Positions 7,350 to 15,538 of a stretch of DNA of 64,000 nt are shown one piece after another. The position numbers and the translations under genes were made by a program. Source of the DNA: Rhodovibrionaceae bacterium (GTDB lineage Bacteria; Pseudomonadota; Alphaproteobacteria; Kiloniellales; DSM-21159); the NCBI GenBank assembly GCA_028282405.1, contig JANQIA010000001.1:5672-69671 (forward strand), in the 5' to 3' direction. The notes below the pieces were generated by a model, which was given only the letters and a program-made list of their open reading frames with translations, did not search any database and was not told the origin of the DNA. Within the stretch, counting starts at the first letter, position 1. Each line of letters opens with the position of its first letter.

Positions 7350-9527
7350 TTGACGCTTCCTGTGAATTTCTTCAACCACGATGCCCAAGCAGGAGGTTTC
7401 TACCCTCAAGCTCACGTTGGGTTTGATGTTGTAGGCATTGGCAATCGACAAAATACTCTTATTGAAGGCATACGCGGAACAGGGAAAACTCATATTCTGA
7501 AGATGATACAACGGTACCATCTGGAGAACTTCAAAAAGACGCGCGTCCTTCCAGCTTATGTATCCTTGGCCCAGTTGAGCGAATATGTGAAGCGCGATCC
7601 AGATGAGTTTCGAGTTCAATTGTATGCGCGCATTGTTGACGCTTGCATCGAAACACTTGAGGCGAATAGTGATTTTCGAGACAGGGACCAAGGCGTGCTT
7701 TTGGAAGCGGTCAGGGGGATGAAACGCGCGCTTGGTCTTGAAGCGACCCCTACGTTTGAGGATTTCACAAAAGAAATAATTCAAATACGCGCCTGTGCCG
7801 AAGAATTGCTATTTCAATTGAGTTATGACCTAACCGCCAAGAATCTGAAGCAGGTCTCCAGTGCCACTTTAAAAGAAAAAAAGGGAATCTCTTTTCTTGC
7901 GAGAGCTTCAAGTTTATTATTTTCAGGAAGTTTGTCTAGAGCCAAGGAAAGTGAATTTCAAGAATCGGGAATAAACGAAGGTACGGTGCAGATGTTGGGT
8001 TCGCGCTTGGTTCACAACAATGCTGCAGAATTCATTATTAGATTTCTTCAGGAAATACAAAAAATTCTCGATCTTGATTATACTTTGATTCTATTGGATG
8101 AGTGTTCAGAGGCAAGTGCCGATGCGCAAATAGAGATATTTCGTTTTTTTAAGGCACTGCGCGGCTGTACATCCACAGTGGCAGAGAAAGATGAGTGCGC
8201 TTTTTTTGTAGGCACTGTCTACCCAAGGGGTGAAACCAACTATCCAGATCGAGATACTTATGGGTTCAGCTTTGAACCGGGGCAAGACTGCACGGTCGAA
8301 TTCATCCAATGGGACGAAACTGACGTTGAATCTTATCTCGAGTTCTTCGAGAAAATGCTAATCAATCGCGCGCATGCGATATTGGGTTATGAGGGTGATG
8401 TTCACGCTTTTGTGCGCGAGTACTTCGACAGTGATAGCACCTTTCGGCTTGCAATTTTCTGCGCTAACGGAATTCCCAGGCGGTTTTGGGAAATTGTCAG
8501 GCGAGCATATGACGGTGGCACAAACAAGATCAGCAAGAACCGTCTTAAGATTGCTACACAAGAGGTTGTTAGCGAGCAGATTTTAAATCATCATTATCTT
8601 TCCGACGAAGATCAGTCAGTAGTTCAGTACATTGTTAAGATTATTACCCAAAGAAATGAAGAGTCCAGAGTAAAAAACAAAGAAAGCGGCCGTCAAATAT
8701 TACCACAAGGTGTGTATTTCAGCATATTGCCAAGAAATTCTGTCAAGTTGTCGAAGCTTATCATGCAAGGTGCCGTGCATGATAAGTCGAGGATGAAGGC
8801 TAGAAAGCATAGCCTCAGACCTCATCCCGTGTATGCGCTTGACGTTTCGCTAGCTTACGCATTCCGAGCAATACCTGAACGTGAGTTTGAGAAAGTAGCC
8901 GCTAGAGATTTTCCACGCGCCCCATCAAACGGATTCGCAAATGCAGCGTCATTTGAGCCGCCCAAATCGAAAAAGCAAGGCCAGAGCTGGCGAAAATCTC
9001 CAAACTTCGCCACTGTTGAATTGCCTAGGGCAGCTCCCGAAACCACTCTAGAAATGGATGAAACCAAAGAAGAACTCATTGGCTACATAAGCCAGATTCG
9101 AAAGAACGGCAGTGGAGCCGCTTTTGTAAATGATGGCGGGCCGTTTGGTTACATCCCGAAACATCTTTTAACCGCTCTTCTTGAGCAAGGGGCTGAGGAA
9201 GGAACCCCGGTGAGATTGACTCTTCGTACAAACCCAAAAGGTAGAGAGGCTACGAGTATTAAGGTTTTTGATGAACTCACGGCTAGCCTCACGCAAACTC
9301 GACGCGAAGAGATTGTGAAAATTATCGATGATCTTTTGGATGAGTCTGATCCTGTAATGCTGACAAAGCTCGCGGCACGACTTAGGAGTCACTTTGGTGA
9401 TGTGGTAACCGGTACCGTTTGGTTTGGATATGGAAGAATGTCCCGATTGCTTGTTGAACTGGATCTGGACAGCGTGAAAATGGACACCACCACGGCAAAT
9501 GCTTTTCTTACGAAGAAAAACCAATAA
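7350..9527 (+). CDS. ORC/Cdc6-like P-loop (AAA+) ATPase with C-terminal cold-shock-like OB and OST-HTH/LOTUS-like domains; function unknown
   Basis: 725-aa ORF with TTG start preceded by AAGGGGA.
- Walker A: GIRGTGKT (res 40-47).
- Walker B: LILLDE (res 246-251).
- Lid/sensor-2-like: ANGIPRRFWEIVRRAY (res 372-387), followed by a winged-helix-like stretch.
- CSD-like: IGYISQIRKNGSGAAFVNDGGPFGYIPKHLL...EEGTPVRLTLRTNPKGREATSIKV (res ~577-640).
- OST-HTH-like: VMLTKLAARLRSHFGDVVTGTVWFGYGRMSRLLVELD (res ~669-705).
GC is about 35-40% on hand-counted lines, versus ~65% in the flanks. Confidence 0.8.
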   Translation: MTLPVNFFNHDAQAGGFYPQAHVGFDVVGIGNRQNTLIEGIRGTGKTHILKMIQRYHLENFKKTRVLPAYVSLAQLSEYVKRDPDEFRVQLYARIVDACIETLEANSDFRDRDQGVLLEAVRGMKRALGLEATPTFEDFTKEIIQIRACAEELLFQLSYDLTAKNLKQVSSATLKEKKGISFLARASSLLFSGSLSRAKESEFQESGINEGTVQMLGSRLVHNNAAEFIIRFLQEIQKILDLDYTLILLDECSEASADAQIEIFRFFKALRGCTSTVAEKDECAFFVGTVYPRGETNYPDRDTYGFSFEPGQDCTVEFIQWDETDVESYLEFFEKMLINRAHAILGYEGDVHAFVREYFDSDSTFRLAIFCANGIPRRFWEIVRRAYDGGTNKISKNRLKIATQEVVSEQILNHHYLSDEDQSVVQYIVKIITQRNEESRVKNKESGRQILPQGVYFSILPRNSVKLSKLIMQGAVHDKSRMKARKHSLRPHPVYALDVSLAYAFRAIPEREFEKVAARDFPRAPSNGFANAASFEPPKSKKQGQSWRKSPNFATVELPRAAPETTLEMDETKEELIGYISQIRKNGSGAAFVNDGGPFGYIPKHLLTALLEQGAEEGTPVRLTLRTNPKGREATSIKVFDELTASLTQTRREEIVKIIDDLLDESDPVMLTKLAARLRSHFGDVVTGTVWFGYGRMSRLLVELDLDSVKMDTTTANAFLTKKNQ

Positions 9528-9694
9528 TCCCCTTTTTGAAAAACACTAACTAAGCGCAGTTAGCTGCCATAAAGGCGTGTGCATTGACGGTCGGCTCTGT
9601 CCGTATTCCTGTCGACTTACCTCGCCAAAGCGAGTGCTTACTTCGGGTCAGATCGGTCCTGACAGTCTGCTGATACGAGTGTCCTTTACACATA

Positions 9695-9929
9695 CGTGAA
9701 GATGCGGAGTACCCGCGGTCAGACGGAAAGACCCCGTGCACCTTTACTACAGCTTTGCAGTGACGCTAGGGCCGCCATGTGTAGGATAGGCGGGAGGCTT
9801 TGAAGCAGTGCCGCCAGGTACTGTGGAGCCAACCTTGAAATACCGCCCTTGGCTGTCTTAGCGCCTAACCGCGACGTAACCGCGTTCGGGACCCTGCATG
9901 GTGGGTAGTTTGACTGGGGCGGTCGCCTC
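9695..9929 (+). rRNA. partial 23S rRNA fragment (domain V segment only; non-functional, displaced)
   Basis: The sequence reads CGTGAAGATGCGGAGTACCCGCGGTCAGACGGAAAGACCCCGTGCACCTTTACTACAGC ... GTGTAGGATAGGCGGGAGGCTTTGAAG ... GGAGCCAACCTTGAAATACCGCCCTT ... GGTGGGTAGTTTGACTGGGGCGGTCGCCTC. These are universally conserved 23S blocks, running from the A2058-region strand to the P-loop strand (E. coli numbering from memory). No recognisable 23S sequence lies on either side. Confidence 0.8.
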
Positions 9930-10711
9930 TTTCAGCGTCCGGTTCATCCGCTCCACCTGGCCATTTGTCCAAGGGAGATTGGGCTTTGTAAGCCGGTGCT
10001 CGATGTCGTTCTGGGCATGGGCGTACTCGAAGGCATGCGCCCAGACCGGTTTCCGCTTGTCGAGGGCCTCCCGGTCAGTGGCGCTGCGGAAGCGGCATTG
10101 CCCGGCGTGGTGAACTGGGTACCGTTGTCGGTGAGCACCGTGTGGATCTTGTAAGGAACAGCCTCAATGAGGTGGTGCAGGAAGTTGCCAGCAACGCGCC
10201 GGGTGGCGTGCTCGTACAGTTTCGCAAAGGCAAACTTCGATGCACGGTCAATGGCTACGAACATGTGTAATTTGCCTTCGGCCGTGCGGACGTCGGCGAT
10301 GTCGATATGAAAGTAGCCGACCGGATAGACCTTGAACCTCTTCTTCGGCTTGTCACCATCGACCTGCGGTAGGCGCGAGATGCCATGACGCTGGAACAGT
10401 CGGTGCAGCGAGGAGCGCGTCAGATGGGGCACCGTCGCCTGCAGCGCGTAGAGACAGTCATCCAGTGGCAGCAAGGTGTGTTTGCGAAATGCGATGCAAA
10501 GCGCTTCTTCGGCCGTGCTCAAGACTGTGGAGCGAACATCCTTCGGCCCCATCGGCAGATCCTCCACCGAGGAACGGTTGCGCCACTTCATCACCGTCTT
10601 CGGGTTCACCCCGTATTGGGCGCTGAGCTCCGCGATCGTAGCTTTCGATCGCTGTAGTGCAGCTCTGACGGCGTGAGTGGTCGTGGCGCTGCCGTGTAAT
10701 ATCTGTCCCAT
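9930..10711 (-). pseudogene. IS481-family transposase, frameshifted and C-terminally truncated
   Basis: N-terminus: MGQILHGSATTTHAVRAALQRSKATIAELSAQYGVNPKTVMKWRNR (HTH). DDE core runs through ...VLTDNGTQFT. After about 10075-10085 the conserved continuation GEALDKRKPVWAHAFEYAHAQNDIEHRLTKPNLPWTNGQVERMNRTLKEAT is in a different frame from the ORF-track frame. It ends at the junction without the usual C-terminal ~50 residues. Confidence 0.8.
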
Positions 10712-10773
10712 AAAGCCTCCCGAAGTGATGAAATCTCTCTTAAACTGATTCCATCATACCGCGGGACTGAACA
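9930..10773 (-). mobile_element. IS481-family insertion sequence remnant (5' end present, 3' end deleted)
   Basis: Contains the transposase pseudogene. The putative terminal sequence TGTTCAGTCCCGCGG (minus strand) begins directly after a CTAG tetranucleotide (10775-10778). The opposite end is missing; the element stops abruptly at the 23S fragment. Confidence 0.7.
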
Positions 10774-10780
10774 GCTAGGG

Positions 10781-11179
10781 TCACGCTAAACGGATGTCGA
10801 CGGTACTGAGCGTCACGACTTCGGCGCCCGGACCGGCGACCGTGAAGTCACAGGTGACCAGGCGGCGGCCGTCGTCTTGCTGTCCGACCGAGGTCACGGC
10901 CCCCTCAATCGTGTAGGCGATGCCAACCGGCGCGACAGCGGTGTTCTTGAACTTGAGCCGGCATACCTCCGCGTCCGGGCCGAAAGCACGGCTGGCGGCT
11001 TCCAGACACCAGTTGCCCATGAGAAATCCGGGCACGATGACGCCGTCGAAGCCTTGCTCTTCGGTAAAGGCCTGATCGAAGTGCAGGCGGTGAAAGTTCC
11101 GGATCGCCGCGCAGAAGAGAACGACCTCGACCTGAGACGGGCACTTCGTCAACGTCGGCAGGCATGTGCCGACTGGCAC
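10781..11179 (-). CDS. MaoC-like (R)-specific enoyl-CoA hydratase/dehydratase, C-terminal-type hotdog subunit
   Basis: Hotdog motif region: EVVLFCAAIRNFHRLHFDQAFTEEQGFDGVIVPGFLMGNW. The ORF track extends to 11305, overlapping the upstream gene. I place the start at GTG 11179 (uncertain; TTG 11236 is also possible). Confidence 0.7.
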   Translation of the reverse strand: MPVGTCLPTLTKCPSQVEVVLFCAAIRNFHRLHFDQAFTEEQGFDGVIVPGFLMGNWCLEAASRAFGPDAEVCRLKFKNTAVAPVGIAYTIEGAVTSVGQQDDGRRLVTCDFTVAGPGAEVVTLSTVDIRLA

Positions 11180-11201
11180 CCTGTCGAGCGATAGCGGCTT
11201 C

Positions 11202-11675
11202 TCAGAACAGTATCTGTTCGTAGCGTTCTCGGACAACGAGCGCGCCCTCCCTATCCCAGTACTCGGTAATCCACTCGGCGACGACGAAGTCGCGACGGCG
11301 CCCACGCTTCTCGTTCAAGGAGGCGAGGGTTCGCACACCGCGCAGCCGGTCGTTCAGGGCCAGGGGACGCAGCCATTCCACCTCGACGCTGCCGCCCATC
11401 GTTTGCCCCGTGCCGATCATCGGCCGGTGCTCCTGCACCGTTCCGTCATCGGCCAGCTCCGAGGCCGGCACCAGCGGCCGGGTCACCGCGTAGTACAGCA
11501 TGGGGGGCACCGGGGTTCCTTCAGACCCCTCCGGGGTCTCGGGCAGCGCATAGCGCGGGTTGTCGTCTCCAGACGCGCTGACGAACCGACGCACCTCGGT
11601 GGCGGAGATCGGGTCGCTCCAGAACTCGATGGAGCGGCCGACCCACGACATGACCTCGGGCGTGAGAAGGCTCAT
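11202..11675 (-). CDS. MaoC_dehydrat_N / FAS1-like dehydratase, N-terminal-type hotdog subunit
   Basis: 157-aa ORF: MSLLTPEVMSWVGRSIEFWSDPISATEVRRFVSASGDDNPRY... This is typical of the N-terminal half of double-hotdog hydratases. 4-nt overlap with the upstream crotonase gene. Confidence 0.7.
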   Translation of the reverse strand: MSLLTPEVMSWVGRSIEFWSDPISATEVRRFVSASGDDNPRYALPETPEGSEGTPVPPMLYYAVTRPLVPASELADDGTVQEHRPMIGTGQTMGGSVEVEWLRPLALNDRLRGVRTLASLNEKRGRRRDFVVAEWITEYWDREGALVVRERYEQILF

Positions 11676-12466
11676 GCCTCCTCCTTGCGCGCCCTGAAGT
11701 TGGGCGGACGGCGCTCGCGAAAGGCGGCCAGGCCTTCCTGGACGTCCGCGCTTTGCCCGGCCGACATGGCGAGCCAGTACTCCATGGCGTCAGCCACCTG
11801 AACGTTCTCATAGAGCGTTGCCTGGGCAATGCGCTTGTAGGACTCGATCGCGAAGGGCGCCATGGCGGAGATCTCGGCGGCCATCGCCACAGCGCGCTCG
11901 ACAAGCTCTGCCGCGGGCACCACGGCATTCACGAACCCCAAGTGCTCGGCGCGGCTACTGGTGAGCGCTGTCCCCAGCATCACCATCTCGTTGGCGACCG
12001 CCGGCGGCAGCAGATGGGGTAGCCGCGACGACTGCCCGGCGATTGGCACGATGCCGAGCTTTGGGCCGGGGACGGCGAAGGTAGCCCCGGGGGTCGCCAG
12101 GCGCAGATCGCTGTTGAGGGCGAGGCAGAAGCCGCCGGCATAGGCGGCGCCATTGACCGCGGCGATCACCGGCTTCGTCGTCTTGCGCGGACTCAAGAAC
12201 ACCTGCATGTGCTCTTCCTCGTAGAGATGCCCGAGGTCGCCCGGCTCGATCGCTTTGATGTCGTGGCCGGCGCAGAAGGCGGTGTCGCCGGCGCCGGTCA
12301 GGACGATTGCGCTGATCGCTGTGTCGCCGCCGAAGTCCGCAAAGGCGTCCAGCATCTGTCGGATCATGTCCGGCGTCATGGCGTTTCGCTTGTGCGGCCG
12401 GTCGATGGTGATAAGGGCGACGCCCGCGTCGCGAACCTCCGTTCGTACGATCCCGTCCAAGATCAC
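11672..12466 (-). CDS. enoyl-CoA hydratase/isomerase (crotonase) family protein
   Basis: 264 aa. Crotonase blocks: ITIDRPHKRNAM, VLTGAGDTAFCAGHDIK, AAVNGAAYAGGFCLALNSDLRLA. Confidence 0.9.
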   Translation of the reverse strand: MILDGIVRTEVRDAGVALITIDRPHKRNAMTPDMIRQMLDAFADFGGDTAISAIVLTGAGDTAFCAGHDIKAIEPGDLGHLYEEEHMQVFLSPRKTTKPVIAAVNGAAYAGGFCLALNSDLRLATPGATFAVPGPKLGIVPIAGQSSRLPHLLPPAVANEMVMLGTALTSSRAEHLGFVNAVVPAAELVERAVAMAAEISAMAPFAIESYKRIAQATLYENVQVADAMEYWLAMSAGQSADVQEGLAAFRERRPPNFRARKEEA

Positions 12467-14055
12467 GCTCCTCTCTTCCCGCTTGACCCGTTGCTGCCGC
12501 CGCCGCCGTCTCTGTCCGACAGGAGCTGCCTGCGCAGGATCTTGCCGCCGGCATTGCGCGGGATTTCGTCTACGAACAGCACCTGCGCCGGAACCTTGGG
12601 CGGCGACAGCACGTTGCGGCAGTGCTCCGTGAGCCTTTCTTGGAGGTGCGCGCCAGGCTCAGATGCGCGCACCACAACGAAGGCCCAAACCGTCTGTCCC
12701 AGAACCGCGTGGGGGGCGCCGACGACGGCGACGTCGAGAACATCGGGATGTGTGGAAAGGGCGTTCTCGACCTCGAGGGGAGAGATGTTGAGGCCGCCGC
12801 GCATGATCATGTCCGAGCGGCGCCCGGAGAGATAGATGTTGCCGGTTGGGTCGAGGCGGCCGAGGTCCTGCGAATGGATCCAGCCGTTGCGGATGCGCTC
12901 CGCCGTCTGCGCCGCATCGCCGAGATAGCCCTGCATCAAGGTCGGGCCCCGCATGGTGATCTCGCCGGTCTCGCCGATCGGCAGGGGCCTTCCCTCGGCG
13001 TCGCGGACGACCACCTCGAAACCGGGGCTGACCCGCCCGACGGACCCCGCGTGATGCGGCACATCCGCAGGTTCGACCGCGGCGCCGGGAATCTCCGTCA
13101 TGCCGTAGTTGGCGATCACGGAGGCGCCGCTGAAGGCGCGAAAGCGCTCGATGTCCGACTCGCTGATCGGCGCCGAGGCCGTGTAGACCGCTCTCAGCGA
13201 AGACAGGTCATAGCCCTCCTTGCCTTCGGCAGTCCGCATCATGATCAGCATGGCGGGCACCAGGGCCGCCGTCGTGATGCGATGGCGTTCGATGGCGGCC
13301 AAGGCATCCTCGGGACGAAAGCGCTCGAGTAGAACCAGCGTTGCACCCGAATGAACGGCGGAGGCTGCGCTGAAGATCAGCCCGTAGATGGTATGGAAGG
13401 GGAGCGCGCCCAGGACGATGTCGCCGGGGGAGAGCTTCCAGGTTTCCAATAGAACCTGGTGCAGCGCCGCTATGGAGGCTTTGCTATGGACGATCGCTTT
13501 TGGCTTGCCCGTGGTGCCGGAGCTGAACAGCACCACGGCGGCATCGCCCGCCGCTTCGAACGTGTCGTCCGGCATTGCCGTAGCGTTGGAGCTGGGCGTC
13601 AGGACCCAATGACGAAGCGCGCCGTCAGTGCCGCCTGCCAAGATGTGCCAGGCGGCACTGTCCGGCGGTTCCAGTGCCTCGGCCGCCCGTCGACCTGCCA
13701 GCACATGCTGTGCACCCGTCACCTGAAGATAGTGCGCCAAGTCGGCGTTCTTGCCGGTCGGATCGCCCACCACCACGACGGCCTCGATTGCCCGAAGCGC
13801 CCAATAGGCCACCACGGACTCCGCGCAGACATCGAACAGGACCAGCACCGGCTCGCCCGCGCGAATGCCATGGTCGCGGAGTGCGCGCGCGAGTGCCTCG
13901 ACGTCCGAGCGCAGCTCTTCGAACGTCTGCGACACGCGTGGGTCGATCACGGCCTGTTGCCCGGGCCGGTGGCGGGCATGCTCCCACAGCGCGCCGACGG
14001 CAGGCGAAGGCGTGAAGGTCTCGTCGACGAGGCCGGCTGTCGTGTCCTGCCGCAT
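12463..14055 (-). CDS. acyl-CoA synthetase / AMP-dependent ligase (class I adenylate-forming)
   Basis: 530 aa. AMP-binding motif FSSGTTGKPKAIVHS, plus YGMTE, SQDLGRLDPTGNIYLSGRRSDMI and GGKILRRQL. The start overlaps the upstream stop (TGATG). Confidence 0.9.
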   Translation of the reverse strand: MRQDTTAGLVDETFTPSPAVGALWEHARHRPGQQAVIDPRVSQTFEELRSDVEALARALRDHGIRAGEPVLVLFDVCAESVVAYWALRAIEAVVVVGDPTGKNADLAHYLQVTGAQHVLAGRRAAEALEPPDSAAWHILAGGTDGALRHWVLTPSSNATAMPDDTFEAAGDAAVVLFSSGTTGKPKAIVHSKASIAALHQVLLETWKLSPGDIVLGALPFHTIYGLIFSAASAVHSGATLVLLERFRPEDALAAIERHRITTAALVPAMLIMMRTAEGKEGYDLSSLRAVYTASAPISESDIERFRAFSGASVIANYGMTEIPGAAVEPADVPHHAGSVGRVSPGFEVVVRDAEGRPLPIGETGEITMRGPTLMQGYLGDAAQTAERIRNGWIHSQDLGRLDPTGNIYLSGRRSDMIMRGGLNISPLEVENALSTHPDVLDVAVVGAPHAVLGQTVWAFVVVRASEPGAHLQERLTEHCRNVLSPPKVPAQVLFVDEIPRNAGGKILRRQLLSDRDGGGGSNGSSGKRGA

Positions 14056-14798
14056 CAGTCGCCTTCGCCGAGGTAGGCGAGACGTATCCGCTCGTCGTCC
14101 ATGACCTGGTCGGAGGGGGCGTCGAAGTCGTTGGCGCCCATGCTCAGCACGTAGGTTCTCTGCGAGACCTCCAGGACGCCGTGGACGTCCTGCTCGACGA
14201 TGAGCACCGACATGCCGAGCCGCTCGGGCAAGCCGACGATGTTGCCGTACATGTCGTGCGTCGCCTTGGGCGACAGGCCGGCGGAGGGCTCGTCCAGCAG
14301 GATCAGCTTCGGCGAAGTCATCAGTGCCATGGCCAAGGCAAGCGTCTGGCGCTCGCCGCCGCTCATGGTTCCGGCGGCCTGGGCGCGCCTGTCCTTGAAC
14401 ACCGGAAACAGCTCGTAGGATCGCTCTATCTGTGTTTTGCGCTCAGCCCTGGAGAGCAGGTAGCCGCCGATCTGCAGGTTCTCGGTGACGGTCATGCCCG
14501 AGAAGACGTTCTCGAGCTGCGGAACGTAGCCGATGCCGCCGGCAACGATACGGCTGCTGTCGATGCCTCGGATATCGGCGCCTTGAAACAGGATTTGTCC
14601 GGCGCTCCACTGGGTCAGCCCCATGATCGCGCGCAAGACCGTGGACTTGCCGCAGCCGTTCGGCCCGATAACGGACACGATCTCTTCCGTATCGACGTGA
14701 AGATTGATGCCGTGCAGGATCTCGCTGGCGTCGTAGCCGGCCTTGAGATCCTGGATCTCAAGCGTCCTGTGGCGTCCCAAGGTAAACCTCCAATACAC
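14055..14798 (-). CDS. branched-chain-type ABC transporter ATP-binding protein (LivF family)
   Basis: Walker A GPNGCGKST, signature MSGGERQTLALAMAL, Walker B LILLDEP. The true start may be slightly downstream of the ORF-track start, which overlaps the LivG-like gene. Confidence 0.85.
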   Translation of the reverse strand: MYWRFTLGRHRTLEIQDLKAGYDASEILHGINLHVDTEEIVSVIGPNGCGKSTVLRAIMGLTQWSAGQILFQGADIRGIDSSRIVAGGIGYVPQLENVFSGMTVTENLQIGGYLLSRAERKTQIERSYELFPVFKDRRAQAAGTMSGGERQTLALAMALMTSPKLILLDEPSAGLSPKATHDMYGNIVGLPERLGMSVLIVEQDVHGVLEVSQRTYVLSMGANDFDAPSDQVMDDERIRLAYLGEGD

Positions 14799-15537
14799 GC
14801 GGATCGTTGTGGATGACGTTGGGCGGCCCCGACGCCAGGTTGGTTCCCGCGTCCAGCACGACGACGTTGTCGCAGACGCTGCTGATGAAATGCATGTTGT
14901 GCTCGATGATCAGAAAGGGCTTGCCGCGCTCCTCCCGGATGCGGTTGACCATGGCGATGAACTCCACGACGAGGTCGGGATGAACGCCCGCCGCGGGCTC
15001 GTCCAGCAGGATCACGTCCGGGTCCCGGATCAGCACCAGGGCGATGGACAGGAGCCGCTGCTGCCCGCCCGAGAGGACGCCGGCGTAGTCGTTCTCCAGA
15101 TGCGACAGCTTGACGATCTCAAGCAGCTCTCGCGCCCGGTCGAGCAGCTGGGGCTGGCGCCGGGCGAAGGTGCCGCGCCCGAAGATCGTCGCGAAGAGGC
15201 TCTCGTCGTCCGCCTTCTGGGCGGCCAGAAGGAGATTCTCGATCAGGGTCATGCGGCGGGCCAGCTTGGTCACCTGAAAGGTGCGCATGAGGCCCCGATT
15301 GGCGACCTCCGCCGGCGACTGCCCGGTGATGTCCTCGCCCTTGAAGCGGATGACGCCCGCATCCGGCTTGAGAAAGCCCGACAGGCAATTGAGCGCCGTG
15401 GTCTTGCCCGAGCCGTTCGGGCCGATCAGTCCGACGATCTCTCCGCTGTTGAGCGCGAAGCAGACGTCTTGCAGGGCCTTGATCCCCCGAAACGAAATGG
15501 ACAGGCCGGAGACGTCGATGATGGGGTTCGCCGCCAT
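14758..15537 (-). CDS. branched-chain-type ABC transporter ATP-binding protein (LivG family)
   Basis: Walker A GPNGSGKTT, signature LSGGQQRLLSIALVL, Walker B VILLDEP. Confidence 0.9.
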   Translation of the reverse strand: MAANPIIDVSGLSISFRGIKALQDVCFALNSGEIVGLIGPNGSGKTTALNCLSGFLKPDAGVIRFKGEDITGQSPAEVANRGLMRTFQVTKLARRMTLIENLLLAAQKADDESLFATIFGRGTFARRQPQLLDRARELLEIVKLSHLENDYAGVLSGGQQRLLSIALVLIRDPDVILLDEPAAGVHPDLVVEFIAMVNRIREERGKPFLIIEHNMHFISSVCDNVVVLDAGTNLASGPPNVIHNDPRVLEVYLGTPQDA

Positions 15538-15538
15538 G

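Noticed and set aside
7332-7784. 150-aa ORF antisense to the 5' end of the 725-aa ATPase gene
   Set aside because: It overlaps the Walker A-encoding region of a much longer, motif-bearing ORF. It has no motifs of its own and no RBS.
9550-9694. Possible upstream continuation of the 23S rRNA fragment
   Set aside because: The expected conserved 23S sequence 5' of GTGAAGATGCGG is absent (…CTGTCTCCAACGCAGACTCAGTGAAATTGAA… type). Position-by-position comparison with my remembered alphaproteobacterial sequence gave about 13 of 37 matches, which is near random. Only scattered short resemblances remain, such as ATTCCTGTCG.
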